A stretch of 35,741 bases of DNA from a virus. Its lineage: Duplodnaviria > Caudoviricetes. Each line of letters begins with the position of its first letter. Positions within the stretch are counted from its first letter, which is position 1. Positions 26,762-35,317 of this stretch are shown here, piece after piece. The translations under genes were made by a program, and so were the position numbers. Under the pieces are notes generated by a model. It saw only the letters and a program-made list of their open reading frames with translations, searched no databases and had not been told where the DNA came from. Location: the IMG/VR virus record IMGVR_UViG_3300020044_003255, positions 1 through 35,741 of that record; one strand, written 5' to 3'.

Positions 26762-27427
26762 ATGTCTAATCTAGTAAACTTTCAGAGTGCAAACCTTCCT
26801 TCAGTAGATTCGATCGCTACTGCGTTGCGTTCGGTTGATATTGACGTTGGTGCTGGCGGCACGGTCATCCTGAAAATGGACAAGACCGGTCACTGGGTGT
26901 TTGGTGCAGACCAAACCGAAGTTGATGAAGACGCAACGTGGGCAGTGAATCCCTATTCGTTTACTCACGGCTATATTGCGTGGGGCGGCGACGATACGCC
27001 TGCAGCAGGCACCGTGCTTGGCGAGATGATGGCGTCGGTATCTGACCCGTTGCCGGAAACACCTGCAGCGCCTGCGCATTCAACGTTGGGCTGGCAGAAG
27101 CAAGTGGGTATGTCGCTCAAATGTTTGAGCGGCGAAGATGAAGGTATGGAAGCACGATACGCTGCTACCTCTGTTGGAGGTAAAAAAGGCTGGCAAAACA
27201 TCGCTATCGCTATTGCAGAGCAAGTAAAGAAAGACCCAAGCAAGCCTGTGCCAGTGATTCAACTTGTCGCAGAGCCGTACAAACACAAAAAGTACGGAAA
27301 AATCTTCAACCCAATTTTTAAGGTTGTTGATTGGATGTCGATGGATGGTGAAGTAAAAGCAGAAGAAGCCCAAGCTGAAGAAGCACCTGCAGCCGAAGCC
27401 GCACCTGCCCGCCGCCGTCGCGGCTAA
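26762..27427 (+). CDS. Putative ssDNA-binding protein
   Basis: Between DUF2800 and polA; aromatic/basic core (YKHKKYGKIFNP), acidic tail; AAGGA RBS. Confidence 0.55.
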   Translation: MSNLVNFQSANLPSVDSIATALRSVDIDVGAGGTVILKMDKTGHWVFGADQTEVDEDATWAVNPYSFTHGYIAWGGDDTPAAGTVLGEMMASVSDPLPETPAAPAHSTLGWQKQVGMSLKCLSGEDEGMEARYAATSVGGKKGWQNIAIAIAEQVKKDPSKPVPVIQLVAEPYKHKKYGKIFNPIFKVVDWMSMDGEVKAEEAQAEEAPAAEAAPARRRRG

Positions 27428-27433
27428 GTAGCA

Positions 27434-27481
27434 TGGGGGAAAGCGGATGCCGGGCGGTTGACGGACGCAGCGAGTACCCCA
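27434..27481 (+). ncRNA. Putative structured RNA with loop-E/sarcin-ricin-type internal loop
   Basis: TGGGG-GAA-A-GC-GGA-TGC...GCA-GC-G-AGTA-CCCCA. Confidence 0.45.
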
Positions 27482-27490
27482 CCTTTTCTA

Positions 27491-27567
27491 TGACCCCGGT
27501 CATCTAATCATCAGGCTCTTCCTTGGTCGGTTCGACCTGATGCTGGCGGATGACAGGGGTCACCCCT
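27491..27567 (+). promoter_or_regulatory. Long imperfect hairpin directly upstream of polA
   Basis: TGACCCC/GGGGTCA, GTCATC/GATGAC, CATCAGG/CCTGATG nested pairs. Confidence 0.55.
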
Positions 27568-27571
27568 ACCT

Positions 27572-29539
27572 ATGACCATATTGTTTGCTGACTTTGAAAC
27601 CCGCAGTCGTTGCGACCTTCCGTCGCGCGGCGGGTACAACTACAGCTTAGACGCAAGCACATCCATTTTGTGCTTTTCCTACGCATTTGGAGACGACGAT
27701 GTACAAACGTGGACGCCAGATCAACCATTCCCTGAATCAGTATCAGAACACATTCGCGCTGGTAAACAACTGCGGTTTCATAACGCCGGTTTTGATCGTC
27801 AGATCTTTTGGAACGTCCTATGCCAAGATTTTGGCGTACCAAAGCCTGCGCTTCACCAATTCTACTGCACCGCTACGCAAGCGCGTGCTAATTGCTTACC
27901 TGGCAGCCTTGAAGACGTCGGACGCGCCATCAGCAGTGTCATGCGCAAAGACCACCGAGGAAGCCAGCTTATCCGACTTCTTTCCGTCCCTCGCGCTGAT
28001 GGATCGTTTAACAATTCGCCAGAGCTGATGGCCGAGATGATTCGTTATTGTGAACAAGATGTCCGTGCCATGCGCGCCATCAGTAAGGCCATGCGCCCGC
28101 TCTCAGACGAAGAGCTTGCCGACTACCACACCAACGAGCGCATCAACGACCGTGGCGTGCTGCTCGACCTACCACTCGCGCAGGCCGCCATCCGTTACGC
28201 GTCGGTCGAGCTTGAAGAGATCGAGACGCTGGTCGCCGACCTAACCGCAGGCGCGATCAAGTCCGTGCGCAGCCCCAAGATGCGCCAGTGGGTGATCGAC
28301 CGTGTCGGCCCGCAGGCTTTGAAGATGATGGAGACGTACAAGGACGGCGACTTGAAGTATTCTATCGACAAGTCTGTACGCGCTAATTTACTGGCTTTTG
28401 CCGAGGAAAACCCCGATGAGATTCCGACCACTGTTGCGGACGTCATTCAATGCGCAGATGACCTCTGGGCGTCGTCGGTTGCGAAGTTCAGCCGCCTTGC
28501 GAGTCTGGCAGACGAAGACGATCACCGAGTACGAGGTGCTTTTGTCTTCGCTGGAGGCTCTGCCACAGGACGTGCTTCAAGCTATGGCGCGCAGGTACAC
28601 AACTTCACGCGCAAGTGCGCAGCAGAGCCAGATGACGTTAGGCACGCTATGGTCAGAGGCCACAGCATCGTACCAAGATTTGGAAAACGCGTTACGGATG
28701 TTCTCAAAGGAATGCTCCGGCCCGCATTGATACCCGCACCCGGCAAGCAGTTCGTCGTCGCCGACTGGTCAGCTGTCGAGGCACGGGTGACCGCCTGGGC
28801 GTCCAATGACCCGCAGGCCGACGATGTGCTGCAAGTCTTCCGCGAGGGTCGTGACATCTACAAACGTGAAGCCGCCGGCATCTACCGCGTGGCCGAGGAC
28901 GCGGTCGACAAAGAGCAGCGCCAGATCGGTAAGGTCGCCATCTTGTCGCTAGGGTTCGGGGGGTCGATCGGCGCCTTCTCAGCGATGGGTCGCAATTATG
29001 GCGTCTTCATGCCCGAGTCGGATTCGCGCCGCATTGTAGACGCATGGCGGCGCTCAAACGCTTGGGCGGTGCGCTACTGGGAGAAGCTTGAGAGCGCCTA
29101 CACACGGGCGCTACGCAACCCCAATCGGGAGTTTTCAGCCGGGCGTGTTGTGTACCTATACGACGGTCAACACCTCTGGTACGCGCTGCCCAGTGGGCGC
29201 GTCCTGTGCTATCCATTTGCTAAGTTTGAGGGTGACGAGATCACTTACGTCAAAGCAGCCTGGAAGCCGGCAGCCGACGCCAAAGAATGGCCACGGGCAC
29301 GCTTGTGGCGGGGTCTCGCTTGTGAGAACATAACGCAAGCGATCGCCAACGATCTGCTGCGGCACGCTTTACGCCAGCTCGACGACGTCGTGCTGCATGT
29401 GCACGATGAAATCGTACTGGAGACCGCCGACCCTGATGCACCCAATACCCTAAAGCAAGTGATGTGTACGCCGCCCGATTGGGCGGCTGGACTGCCTTTG
29501 TCGGCAGAAGTTGAAACTATGTCGAGGTATGGAAAATGA
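27572..29539 (+). CDS. polA: Family A DNA polymerase with 3'-5' exonuclease
   Basis: Exo DFETRS, HNAGFD, YCEQD; motif A ADWSAVEARV; motif B RQIGKVAILSLGFGG; motif C HVHDEIV. Confidence 0.93.
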   Translation: MTILFADFETRSRCDLPSRGGYNYSLDASTSILCFSYAFGDDDVQTWTPDQPFPESVSEHIRAGKQLRFHNAGFDRQIFWNVLCQDFGVPKPALHQFYCTATQARANCLPGSLEDVGRAISSVMRKDHRGSQLIRLLSVPRADGSFNNSPELMAEMIRYCEQDVRAMRAISKAMRPLSDEELADYHTNERINDRGVLLDLPLAQAAIRYASVELEEIETLVADLTAGAIKSVRSPKMRQWVIDRVGPQALKMMETYKDGDLKYSIDKSVRANLLAFAEENPDEIPTTVADVIQCADDLWASSVAKFSRLASLADEDDHRVRGAFVFAGGSATGRASSYGAQVHNFTRKCAAEPDDVRHAMVRGHSIVPRFGKRVTDVLKGMLRPALIPAPGKQFVVADWSAVEARVTAWASNDPQADDVLQVFREGRDIYKREAAGIYRVAEDAVDKEQRQIGKVAILSLGFGGSIGAFSAMGRNYGVFMPESDSRRIVDAWRRSNAWAVRYWEKLESAYTRALRNPNREFSAGRVVYLYDGQHLWYALPSGRVLCYPFAKFEGDEITYVKAAWKPAADAKEWPRARLWRGLACENITQAIANDLLRHALRQLDDVVLHVHDEIVLETADPDAPNTLKQVMCTPPDWAAGLPLSAEVETMSRYGK

Positions 29540-30237
29540 AACACGTTATCGGGTTGTCTGGCGGGAAAGACAGTACGGCGTTGGCGTTGCGTTTGGCCGA
29601 GATTGAGCCGCGTGATTACGAATACATCTGCAACGAGACCGGCAACGAGTTGCCCGAGATGCACGCGCACTGGGCGAAGCTGGAGACGTTGCTGGGCAAG
29701 CCGATTAAGCGGGTACGGTACAAGCACGATCTGGAGGGCACGATTCGCGAGATGAACATGCTGCCGAACGTGTTCGCGCGCTGGTGTACGCGGGTGCTAA
29801 AGATCGAGCCAACGATTGACTACATGGCCGAACTGCCCCAAGGCTCTGTGCTGTACGTCGGCCTGCGGGCAGATGAAGAGGAGCGCAAAGGGCTGTTCGG
29901 TGAAGACATCACTATCCGGTTTCCGATGCGTGAGTGGGGCTGGCGTGAAGCGGATGTGTGGAAGTATCTCGACAGTCGCGGTGTGGCTATTCCGGCACGC
30001 ACCGACTGCGCGTTCTGCCCGTATCAGCGTCTGGGCGAGTGGCGTGACTTGCACGACAAGTACCCGGTCATCTGGGCGCGCGGTGTGCAGCTGGAGAAGG
30101 ACTTAGGTCATACGTTTCGCAGCCCAGGCCGCGATACATGGCCTGCCGATCTTGAATCGCTGGGTGAAGAGTTTAAAGCAGGGCGTAAACTGCGGGCGTA
30201 TAAACGCGACGCGTCCTGCCGGGTGTGTTCGCTATAA
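29536..30237 (+). CDS. PAPS-reductase-like (PP-loop) protein
   Basis: LSGGKDST, TGNELP, RWCTRVLKIEP, GLRADE, CAFCPY, C-terminal CRVC. Confidence 0.85.
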   Translation: MKHVIGLSGGKDSTALALRLAEIEPRDYEYICNETGNELPEMHAHWAKLETLLGKPIKRVRYKHDLEGTIREMNMLPNVFARWCTRVLKIEPTIDYMAELPQGSVLYVGLRADEEERKGLFGEDITIRFPMREWGWREADVWKYLDSRGVAIPARTDCAFCPYQRLGEWRDLHDKYPVIWARGVQLEKDLGHTFRSPGRDTWPADLESLGEEFKAGRKLRAYKRDASCRVCSL

Positions 30238-30239
30238 AT

Positions 30240-30266
30240 AAAAAAGCCGCCTGGCAGGGCGGCTTT
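30240..30266. terminator. Hairpin terminator, stronger on - strand
   Basis: AAAGCCGCC-TGGCAG-GGCGGCTTT preceded by A-tract. Confidence 0.6.
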
Positions 30267-30284
30267 CCAACTACAAGGACTGCA

Positions 30285-32597
30285 ATGGATTTCCTAGAAT
30301 TTTATACTAATTTGGCACCACAGGGTGAGACTGCATTAGTTGTCCGCCAGAAACCTAAACTCAAAAGCGGACAGATTCAGCTGCACCCCGATGGCGCGGT
30401 GATCTGCACATGGCCGGCGTACCTGCCGGACTATCCAACCAAGCCCGATTGGGCGATTTACGGCAACACCGCGTCGTTCATCATCGACCGGTTCAAGGAT
30501 GGCCACGTTTCAGCGTCAACGGCCAATGCCGACTACGTTCTCGTCATGGTGCTGGACGACGTGGGTGACCCTGAGAAGGCGCCCAACACGCCGCCCTTGC
30601 CGCCCACATGGATCATCGAGACGTCTGCCGGGTCGTTCCAGTGGGGTTACGCATTCTCAGAGCAGCCGACAACCGGCGAGTACGCCGCCGCCATTCGAGC
30701 GATTGCGGACGCCGGTTACACCGATCCTGGCGCCTGCAACGCGGTGCGCAATTTCCGTCTGCCGGGGTCGATCAATATCAAGCCGGGGCGGGATAACTTC
30801 GCCGCTCGTCTAGTCGAGTTCCATCCTGACCGCGAGTACAGCCTGTTAGATGTGTGCGCAGCCCTAAATGTCACGCCAGCGCCCGCTGAGTCGCTAGGCG
30901 TGCGTCCTATCCGACTGTCCGACGATGGCGCGGATGACGTCATGGCGTGGCTCTCGCATCAGGGCGTCCTGTTGTCAACACCTAACCCTGCCGGCTGGGC
31001 AGGCGTCATCTGCCCCAACAAGGACGAGCATACCGACGGCAACCCCGAGGGGCGCTACAGCCCGTCAACGCGCTCATATCGCTGCCTGCATTCGCACTGC
31101 GTTGACTTCGACTCACATGCGTTTCTGGATTGGGTCGCTGCCAATGGCGGCCCCAAACACGCGCCTGGCTTGCGTGAGGAATTACTGGCTCACGCAATGG
31201 ACGCGGCGCTATCCAAATTGACACCGACTGAGGCATTCCCAGACAAGGGCGCTGAAGTCATTGCAGAGGTCGAGAAAAAACAACTGGATAGGACAACGAA
31301 AGATGATTGGTACAAACGCTTTGCGTACATTCAAAACGAAGATGCGTATTTTGACATGGACGATCGGCGCGAGATTAGTCGCGGTACTTTTAATGCACTC
31401 TTTCGACACGTCACCTGCTTTTCAATCCACCCGAGCAAGCAGAAACGCCGTGTTGAGGCGTCAATATGCTTTGATGAGAACCGGCAGGCCAAGGACGCGC
31501 TGACCATCAGCGGCATTACCTACGCCGCTGGCGAAACGGTGCTTGTGTCGCGTGAGGGGCAAGTGTACGGCAATCGGTGGGTCGACCACCGTCCGCCGGT
31601 CAAGTCAGGCGACGCGCAGGTGTGGCTCGATCATGTCGAGCGCATGTTGCCCGACCCGGTCGAGCGCAATCACGTTCTTGACGTGATGGCCTACAAACTC
31701 CAGCACCCGAACCGCAAAATCAATCACGCGGTGCTGCATATCGGTCACCCTGGCTCTGGCAAGGACACTCTGTGGCAGCCGTTCTTATGGGGCATCGGCG
31801 GCGAGTCGCTCTCAAACGTGTCAATCGTGCGTAATGAAGAGATTCAGTCGCAATGGGGTTACGCCTACGAGTCCGAGGTGATGGTGTTTGAAGAGCTGCG
31901 GCAAGCGGAAGCGAAAGACCGTAGAGCGCTTGAGAACCATCTAAAGCCGATTATCGCCGCGCCGCCGGACTTTTTGCAGGTCAACCGCAAGGGCATGCAC
32001 CCGTATCAGGCGCTAAACCGCATTTTCGTTCTCGCGTTTTCCAATGAGCGTGTCCCGATCTCGTTAGCAGGGGACGACCGCCGCTGGTTCGTGACGTATT
32101 CCGAGGCGCCACGCATGACCGAGGCAGAAGCTTGCGCGATCTGGGACTGGTACAAGGCCGGCGGCCTGGCTGTGGCTGCCGGCTGGCTTTACGAGCGTGA
32201 CGTGTCGCGGTTCAATCCTGGCGCCACGCCGCCGCTGACCGAAGCGAAAATCATCATGATCGAGCAGGGCAGATCGACCGCTGAATCTTACCTTGTCGAG
32301 ATGATTGAGCGCCGTTTGGGCGAGTTCTCAGGTGGTGTCGTGGCCGCGCCGTTCTATAGCCTGTGCGACCGGCTACAGGGCGGTGCGCCAATGAATACCC
32401 GCGTGGTACAGCAGGCGCTCTTGCACGCGCTCAAAGAAGCCGGCTGGGTCGACATGGGCCGGCTAGCGTCACGCGAACACAGCACTAAGAAACATATATT
32501 CTGCGCGCCAGAGCTGGCCGACACGGCCAGTAAATCGGAGTTGCGCCGCATGGTGGAGGAAACACCGCCGCCGTCAGCGGTCAGGCTGGTGAAATAA
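30285..32597 (+). CDS. RepB-type primase fused to Zn motif and DUF5906-like helicase
   Basis: MVLDDVG, WIIETSAGSFQWGY, RNFRLPGSIN; CPNKDEH...CLHSHC; Walker A GHPGSGKDT; VFEEL; FSNE; DRRW; AAGGA RBS. Confidence 0.85.
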   Translation: MDFLEFYTNLAPQGETALVVRQKPKLKSGQIQLHPDGAVICTWPAYLPDYPTKPDWAIYGNTASFIIDRFKDGHVSASTANADYVLVMVLDDVGDPEKAPNTPPLPPTWIIETSAGSFQWGYAFSEQPTTGEYAAAIRAIADAGYTDPGACNAVRNFRLPGSINIKPGRDNFAARLVEFHPDREYSLLDVCAALNVTPAPAESLGVRPIRLSDDGADDVMAWLSHQGVLLSTPNPAGWAGVICPNKDEHTDGNPEGRYSPSTRSYRCLHSHCVDFDSHAFLDWVAANGGPKHAPGLREELLAHAMDAALSKLTPTEAFPDKGAEVIAEVEKKQLDRTTKDDWYKRFAYIQNEDAYFDMDDRREISRGTFNALFRHVTCFSIHPSKQKRRVEASICFDENRQAKDALTISGITYAAGETVLVSREGQVYGNRWVDHRPPVKSGDAQVWLDHVERMLPDPVERNHVLDVMAYKLQHPNRKINHAVLHIGHPGSGKDTLWQPFLWGIGGESLSNVSIVRNEEIQSQWGYAYESEVMVFEELRQAEAKDRRALENHLKPIIAAPPDFLQVNRKGMHPYQALNRIFVLAFSNERVPISLAGDDRRWFVTYSEAPRMTEAEACAIWDWYKAGGLAVAAGWLYERDVSRFNPGATPPLTEAKIIMIEQGRSTAESYLVEMIERRLGEFSGGVVAAPFYSLCDRLQGGAPMNTRVVQQALLHALKEAGWVDMGRLASREHSTKKHIFCAPELADTASKSELRRMVEETPPPSAVRLVK

Positions 32598-33181
32598 TGC
32601 GCGTCCTGATTGCCTGTGAGTACAGCGGTACGGTGCGCGATGCGTTCATCAGGGCAGGGCATGACGCGCTATCGTGCGACCTGCTACCGACTGACGTGCC
32701 TGGACCGCATTACCAAGGTGACGTGCGCGACATTTTAGGCGATGGGTGGGATTTGATGGTAGCGCACCCGCCATGCACGCATCTAGCCGTGTCAGGCGCG
32801 CGCTGGTTTAAGGACAAACAGGTAGAACAGGCCGAAGCGCTCGATTTTGTGCGGCTGCTACTAGCCGCGCCAATCCCGCGCATCGCGCTGGAAAATCCGG
32901 TTAGCATCATCTCCAGCCGCATCAGAAAGCCTGACCAGATCATTCAGCCGTACCAGTTTGGTCATGCGGCCACAAAAACAACCTGTTTGTGGCTCCAGAA
33001 CGTGCCGCCGCTTGTGCCGACTGAGATTGTGGGTAAGGGCGCGCGGCACGTCACCAAGAGCGGCAAAAGTCTGCCTGAGTGGTACAACCTGCCGCCGTCA
33101 CCCGATCGGTGGAAGATACGCAGCGCCACGTTTTCGGGAATAGCGGCTGCAATGGCCACGCAATGGGGCGCTCTGGCGTAA
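32597..33181 (+). CDS. Minimal C5-cytosine methyltransferase-like protein
   Basis: VLIACEYSG, GDVRD, AHPPCTHL (catalytic PC), LENPV, KTTCLWL. Confidence 0.72.
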   Translation: MRVLIACEYSGTVRDAFIRAGHDALSCDLLPTDVPGPHYQGDVRDILGDGWDLMVAHPPCTHLAVSGARWFKDKQVEQAEALDFVRLLLAAPIPRIALENPVSIISSRIRKPDQIIQPYQFGHAATKTTCLWLQNVPPLVPTEIVGKGARHVTKSGKSLPEWYNLPPSPDRWKIRSATFSGIAAAMATQWGALA

Positions 33182-33210
33182 AAAAACCCGTCAGGTTTGA
33201 TCCTGACGGG
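33180..33210 (-). terminator. Intrinsic terminator ending early operon
   Basis: CCCGTCAGG-N6-CCTGACGGG with A7 on + strand (U-tract on - strand). Confidence 0.8.
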
Positions 33211-33241
33211 CGAACCGAAGGGCGGCTGGAGAGTAGCCGCG

Positions 33242-33301
33242 CTATAACCCTAGCACGATTGCGAGCATGGCCGCAAGTATCAATCCGATGAGAGCAAACA
33301 T
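33242..33301 (-). CDS. 19-aa hydrophobic peptide (not in ORF track)
   Basis: MFALIGLILAAMLAIVLGL; GAGGAG RBS upstream. Confidence 0.5.
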   Translation of the reverse strand: MFALIGLILAAMLAIVLGL

Positions 33302-33528
33302 GCCGCGCCCTCCTCGATATCTTTGACAATATGGTCCTTGAGCAGGTCTATTACATCGACACCACCGGCGTAAGCGTGGATTAACCAAGCGCCACCATAC
33401 CAACCGACCGACCGGTCAGCCGGTTCCCAATCGACAAAGCAAAGCAGTTCGGTATCGCCGTGTGTGTACGTGTACGGCCACAAGTGCTGCGGCCAATGGC
33501 CGCCGCTGGTGTCAGTATGCGTTTTCAT
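33280..33528 (-). CDS. Early hypothetical protein
   Basis: MKTHTDTSGGHW...WEPADRSVGW; GGAGG RBS. Confidence 0.65.
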   Translation of the reverse strand: MKTHTDTSGGHWPQHLWPYTYTHGDTELLCFVDWEPADRSVGWYGGAWLIHAYAGGVDVIDLLKDHIVKDIEEGAACLLSSD

Positions 33529-33802
33529 TGGATAAGTCCTCCAGCAAAGGGATTGTCGGGTCATATAGCGCGGTTCCGATGACATTCAGTCGCGGGAAAT
33601 ACTCCACTGGTACGCGGCAATTCATCAGGTCATATTGCTGCACATACCGCGCGGTTGACATGTTTGGCGTCCAGACGGGGAACTTGCGGATATCTTTCGG
33701 TTTCTTTGGTTTCCACGCCTTGCGGGCGAGTTTCGCCCATTCGATCGGGCATTTGTCGAATTTGAGTGTATATGTAGTGCCGTCAATGTTTAGTGTTTGC
33801 AT
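33512..33802 (-). CDS. Early hypothetical protein
   Basis: Preceded by AAGGAGAATCGACC-ATG. Confidence 0.7.
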   Translation of the reverse strand: MQTLNIDGTTYTLKFDKCPIEWAKLARKAWKPKKPKDIRKFPVWTPNMSTARYVQQYDLMNCRVPVEYFPRLNVIGTALYDPTIPLLEDLSNENAY

Positions 33803-33818
33803 GGTCGATTCTCCTTGG

Positions 33819-33971
33819 TTACCACAGCGCAGCGCCGTGGGTTTCGATTGTGGGCGTTTGTGCCCGTTTGCGCGTTACTTTGCGCGTTATGTAAGGCCGG
33901 CCAGCTGCTGGCGGGAAATCGCGCCAACAGCAGACCGCGCCGAAGTCATCTAGCCATCCGTATTGCGTCAT
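33819..33971 (-). CDS. Early hypothetical protein (50 aa)
   Basis: MTQYGWLDDFGAVCCWRD...; ATGA overlap with upstream gene. Confidence 0.6.
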   Translation of the reverse strand: MTQYGWLDDFGAVCCWRDFPPAAGRPYITRKVTRKRAQTPTIETHGAALW

Positions 33972-34228
33972 GCGTCTGCGTAATCGGCGATCATGTGCTG
34001 GGCGATTTCTGCCCAATTAACGTCCGACAGAAACGCGCGCGCATAATCTAAGGCAAGACCGCTTGCGCCCTCCGAAATGTATTCGTCCGCCAATTCTTTT
34101 AGGGTTTGCCCTAAATCGTAAGCGTCCGTGTCGCCGTCAATGTCGTGCACCGGCTGGCCATCAAACATTTCGAGGTTAACGCGCCATGTGGCGTAATTTG
34201 TCCAGCCGTTATATGTGGTGTCAGTCAT
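33968..34228 (-). CDS. Early protein with YNGWTNYATW motif
   Basis: YNGWTNYATWRVNL...VNWAEIA is a widespread phage early-gene motif; same start sequence. Confidence 0.78.
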   Translation of the reverse strand: MTDTTYNGWTNYATWRVNLEMFDGQPVHDIDGDTDAYDLGQTLKELADEYISEGASGLALDYARAFLSDVNWAEIAQHMIADYADA

Positions 34229-34240
34229 GGTCGATTCTCC

Positions 34241-34447
34241 TTATTTAGACACAATAAAATCAGCTAGAAATACTTCCAGCAAGCGGACGCGCTCAAGACC
34301 CTCGAAATCGCCGTTTGCATCGTTCCACTCCAATGCGCGAATCAATACTTCATCCGGTGCGGAATAGATATCCCATGCATCGTGCGGTACGCCGTGGAAT
34401 AGTTCGACAATTTGACCTTCGGTAAAAGTGTAAGAAAGATTGCTCAT
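34241..34447 (-). CDS. Early hypothetical protein
   Basis: Preceded by GGGGAACCGACC-ATG. Confidence 0.7.
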   Translation of the reverse strand: MSNLSYTFTEGQIVELFHGVPHDAWDIYSAPDEVLIRALEWNDANGDFEGLERVRLLEVFLADFIVSK

Positions 34448-34687
34448 GGTCGGTTCCCCTAGTTAATTAATAAACTATAGCTTTATTGGTTGTTTTAACG
34501 CCCGTTATCGCGTCATCGAATTTATGTTCAGCGGCGCTAAAATCGATTAACACAATTTCAGGTTCCGCTTGCTTTAATGCGTCTTCTAAGCTATCGGCCG
34601 AAACGGTAATTTCAACGTGTGAAACAATGGTGCGAGTGATAGTGACGGAATAAGTATTTTTCATGGTCGGTTCCCCTAGTTAATTAA
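34445..34687. repeat. 26-bp direct repeat at 34445-34470 and 34662-34687
   Basis: CATGGTCGGTTCCCCTAGTTAATTAA, exact match twice. Confidence 0.9.
34467..34664 (-). CDS. Early hypothetical protein
   Basis: YSVTITRTI...VSADSLEDAL; same 26-bp leader as next gene. Confidence 0.7.
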   Translation of the reverse strand: MKNTYSVTITRTIVSHVEITVSADSLEDALKQAEPEIVLIDFSAAEHKFDDAITGVKTTNKAIVY

Positions 34688-34770
34688 AATGCAAGGCATG
34701 CAACAACAAAAACGGCTAGCCATACAAAAGCGAAAATAGCGCCGATTATTTCCATAAGTGTAGGTTTCAT
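34684..34770 (-). CDS. 28-aa single-TM peptide (not in ORF track)
   Basis: MKPTLMEIIGAIFAFVWLAVFVVACLAF fills the gap exactly. Confidence 0.55.
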   Translation of the reverse strand: MKPTLMEIIGAIFAFVWLAVFVVACLAF

Positions 34771-34774
34771 TCTG

Positions 34775-34957
34775 TTAGCCTTTTGTGAGTGTTGACATTA
34801 GGTGTTGCGCAAGTCGCTGGAAATACTCTAAATCGCGGGTTTCATTTTCTGCAATAGAGTCAATAAAGCTTATGACGCTATCGGCGTGCGTTATTAGGCG
34901 CGCATATGCCGCGCGGTTATTGTCAGTGGACAAATTTAACTCGTCAGTAATATTCAT
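34775..34957 (-). CDS. Early hypothetical protein
   Basis: Preceded by AGGAACTGACCAA-ATG. Confidence 0.6.
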   Translation of the reverse strand: MNITDELNLSTDNNRAAYARLITHADSVISFIDSIAENETRDLEYFQRLAQHLMSTLTKG

Positions 34958-35038
34958 TTGGTCAGTTCCTATAAAAAGTTATCAAATTTGTTTCACGCCA
35001 GCGAGCGTGCGATCGCGGCGTTTTGCGCCGCTCTGCTA

Positions 35039-35317
35039 TCAATCAAACCGGATATCTTGAAAAAGTTCGCTGTATTCCGTAGCGAGATAGTTCTGCGCAA
35101 ACTCCAAAGCTTCGGCAAGTGTCTTAGGCTCGTTCACGCCTATCTCGCCGACAGGCCCACCTTGATCACATAGCGTCCACCACGGCGTGCCGTCAAACTC
35201 ATTGATGGTCTCTTCAAGCGTTACGAAGCCGTCACCATCTGCGCAGTAAATAACGCCGCCATCATTCGGGAAAATTTCCCATTCAAGGCTAGATGAATCG
35301 ATTGTTTTGATCTGCAT
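35039..35317 (-). CDS. First early gene, very acidic 92-aa protein
   Basis: Preceded by AGGAGAACTGACC-ATG; Asp/Glu-rich. Confidence 0.7.
   Translation of the reverse strand: MQIKTIDSSSLEWEIFPNDGGVIYCADGDGFVTLEETINEFDGTPWWTLCDQGGPVGEIGVNEPKTLAEALEFAQNYLATEYSELFQDIRFD

Noticed and set aside
27428-27571. tRNA gene
   Set aside because: GGTTCGA is present, but no cloverleaf with acceptor, D and anticodon arms could be built
29536-30237. cysH auxiliary metabolic gene for sulfate assimilation
   Set aside because: Lacks the CysH C-terminal ECGLH motif and sits in the replication module
30225-30284. N-terminal extension of the primase in the ORF track
   Set aside because: Runs through the hairpin; ATG at 30285 has an AAGGA RBS
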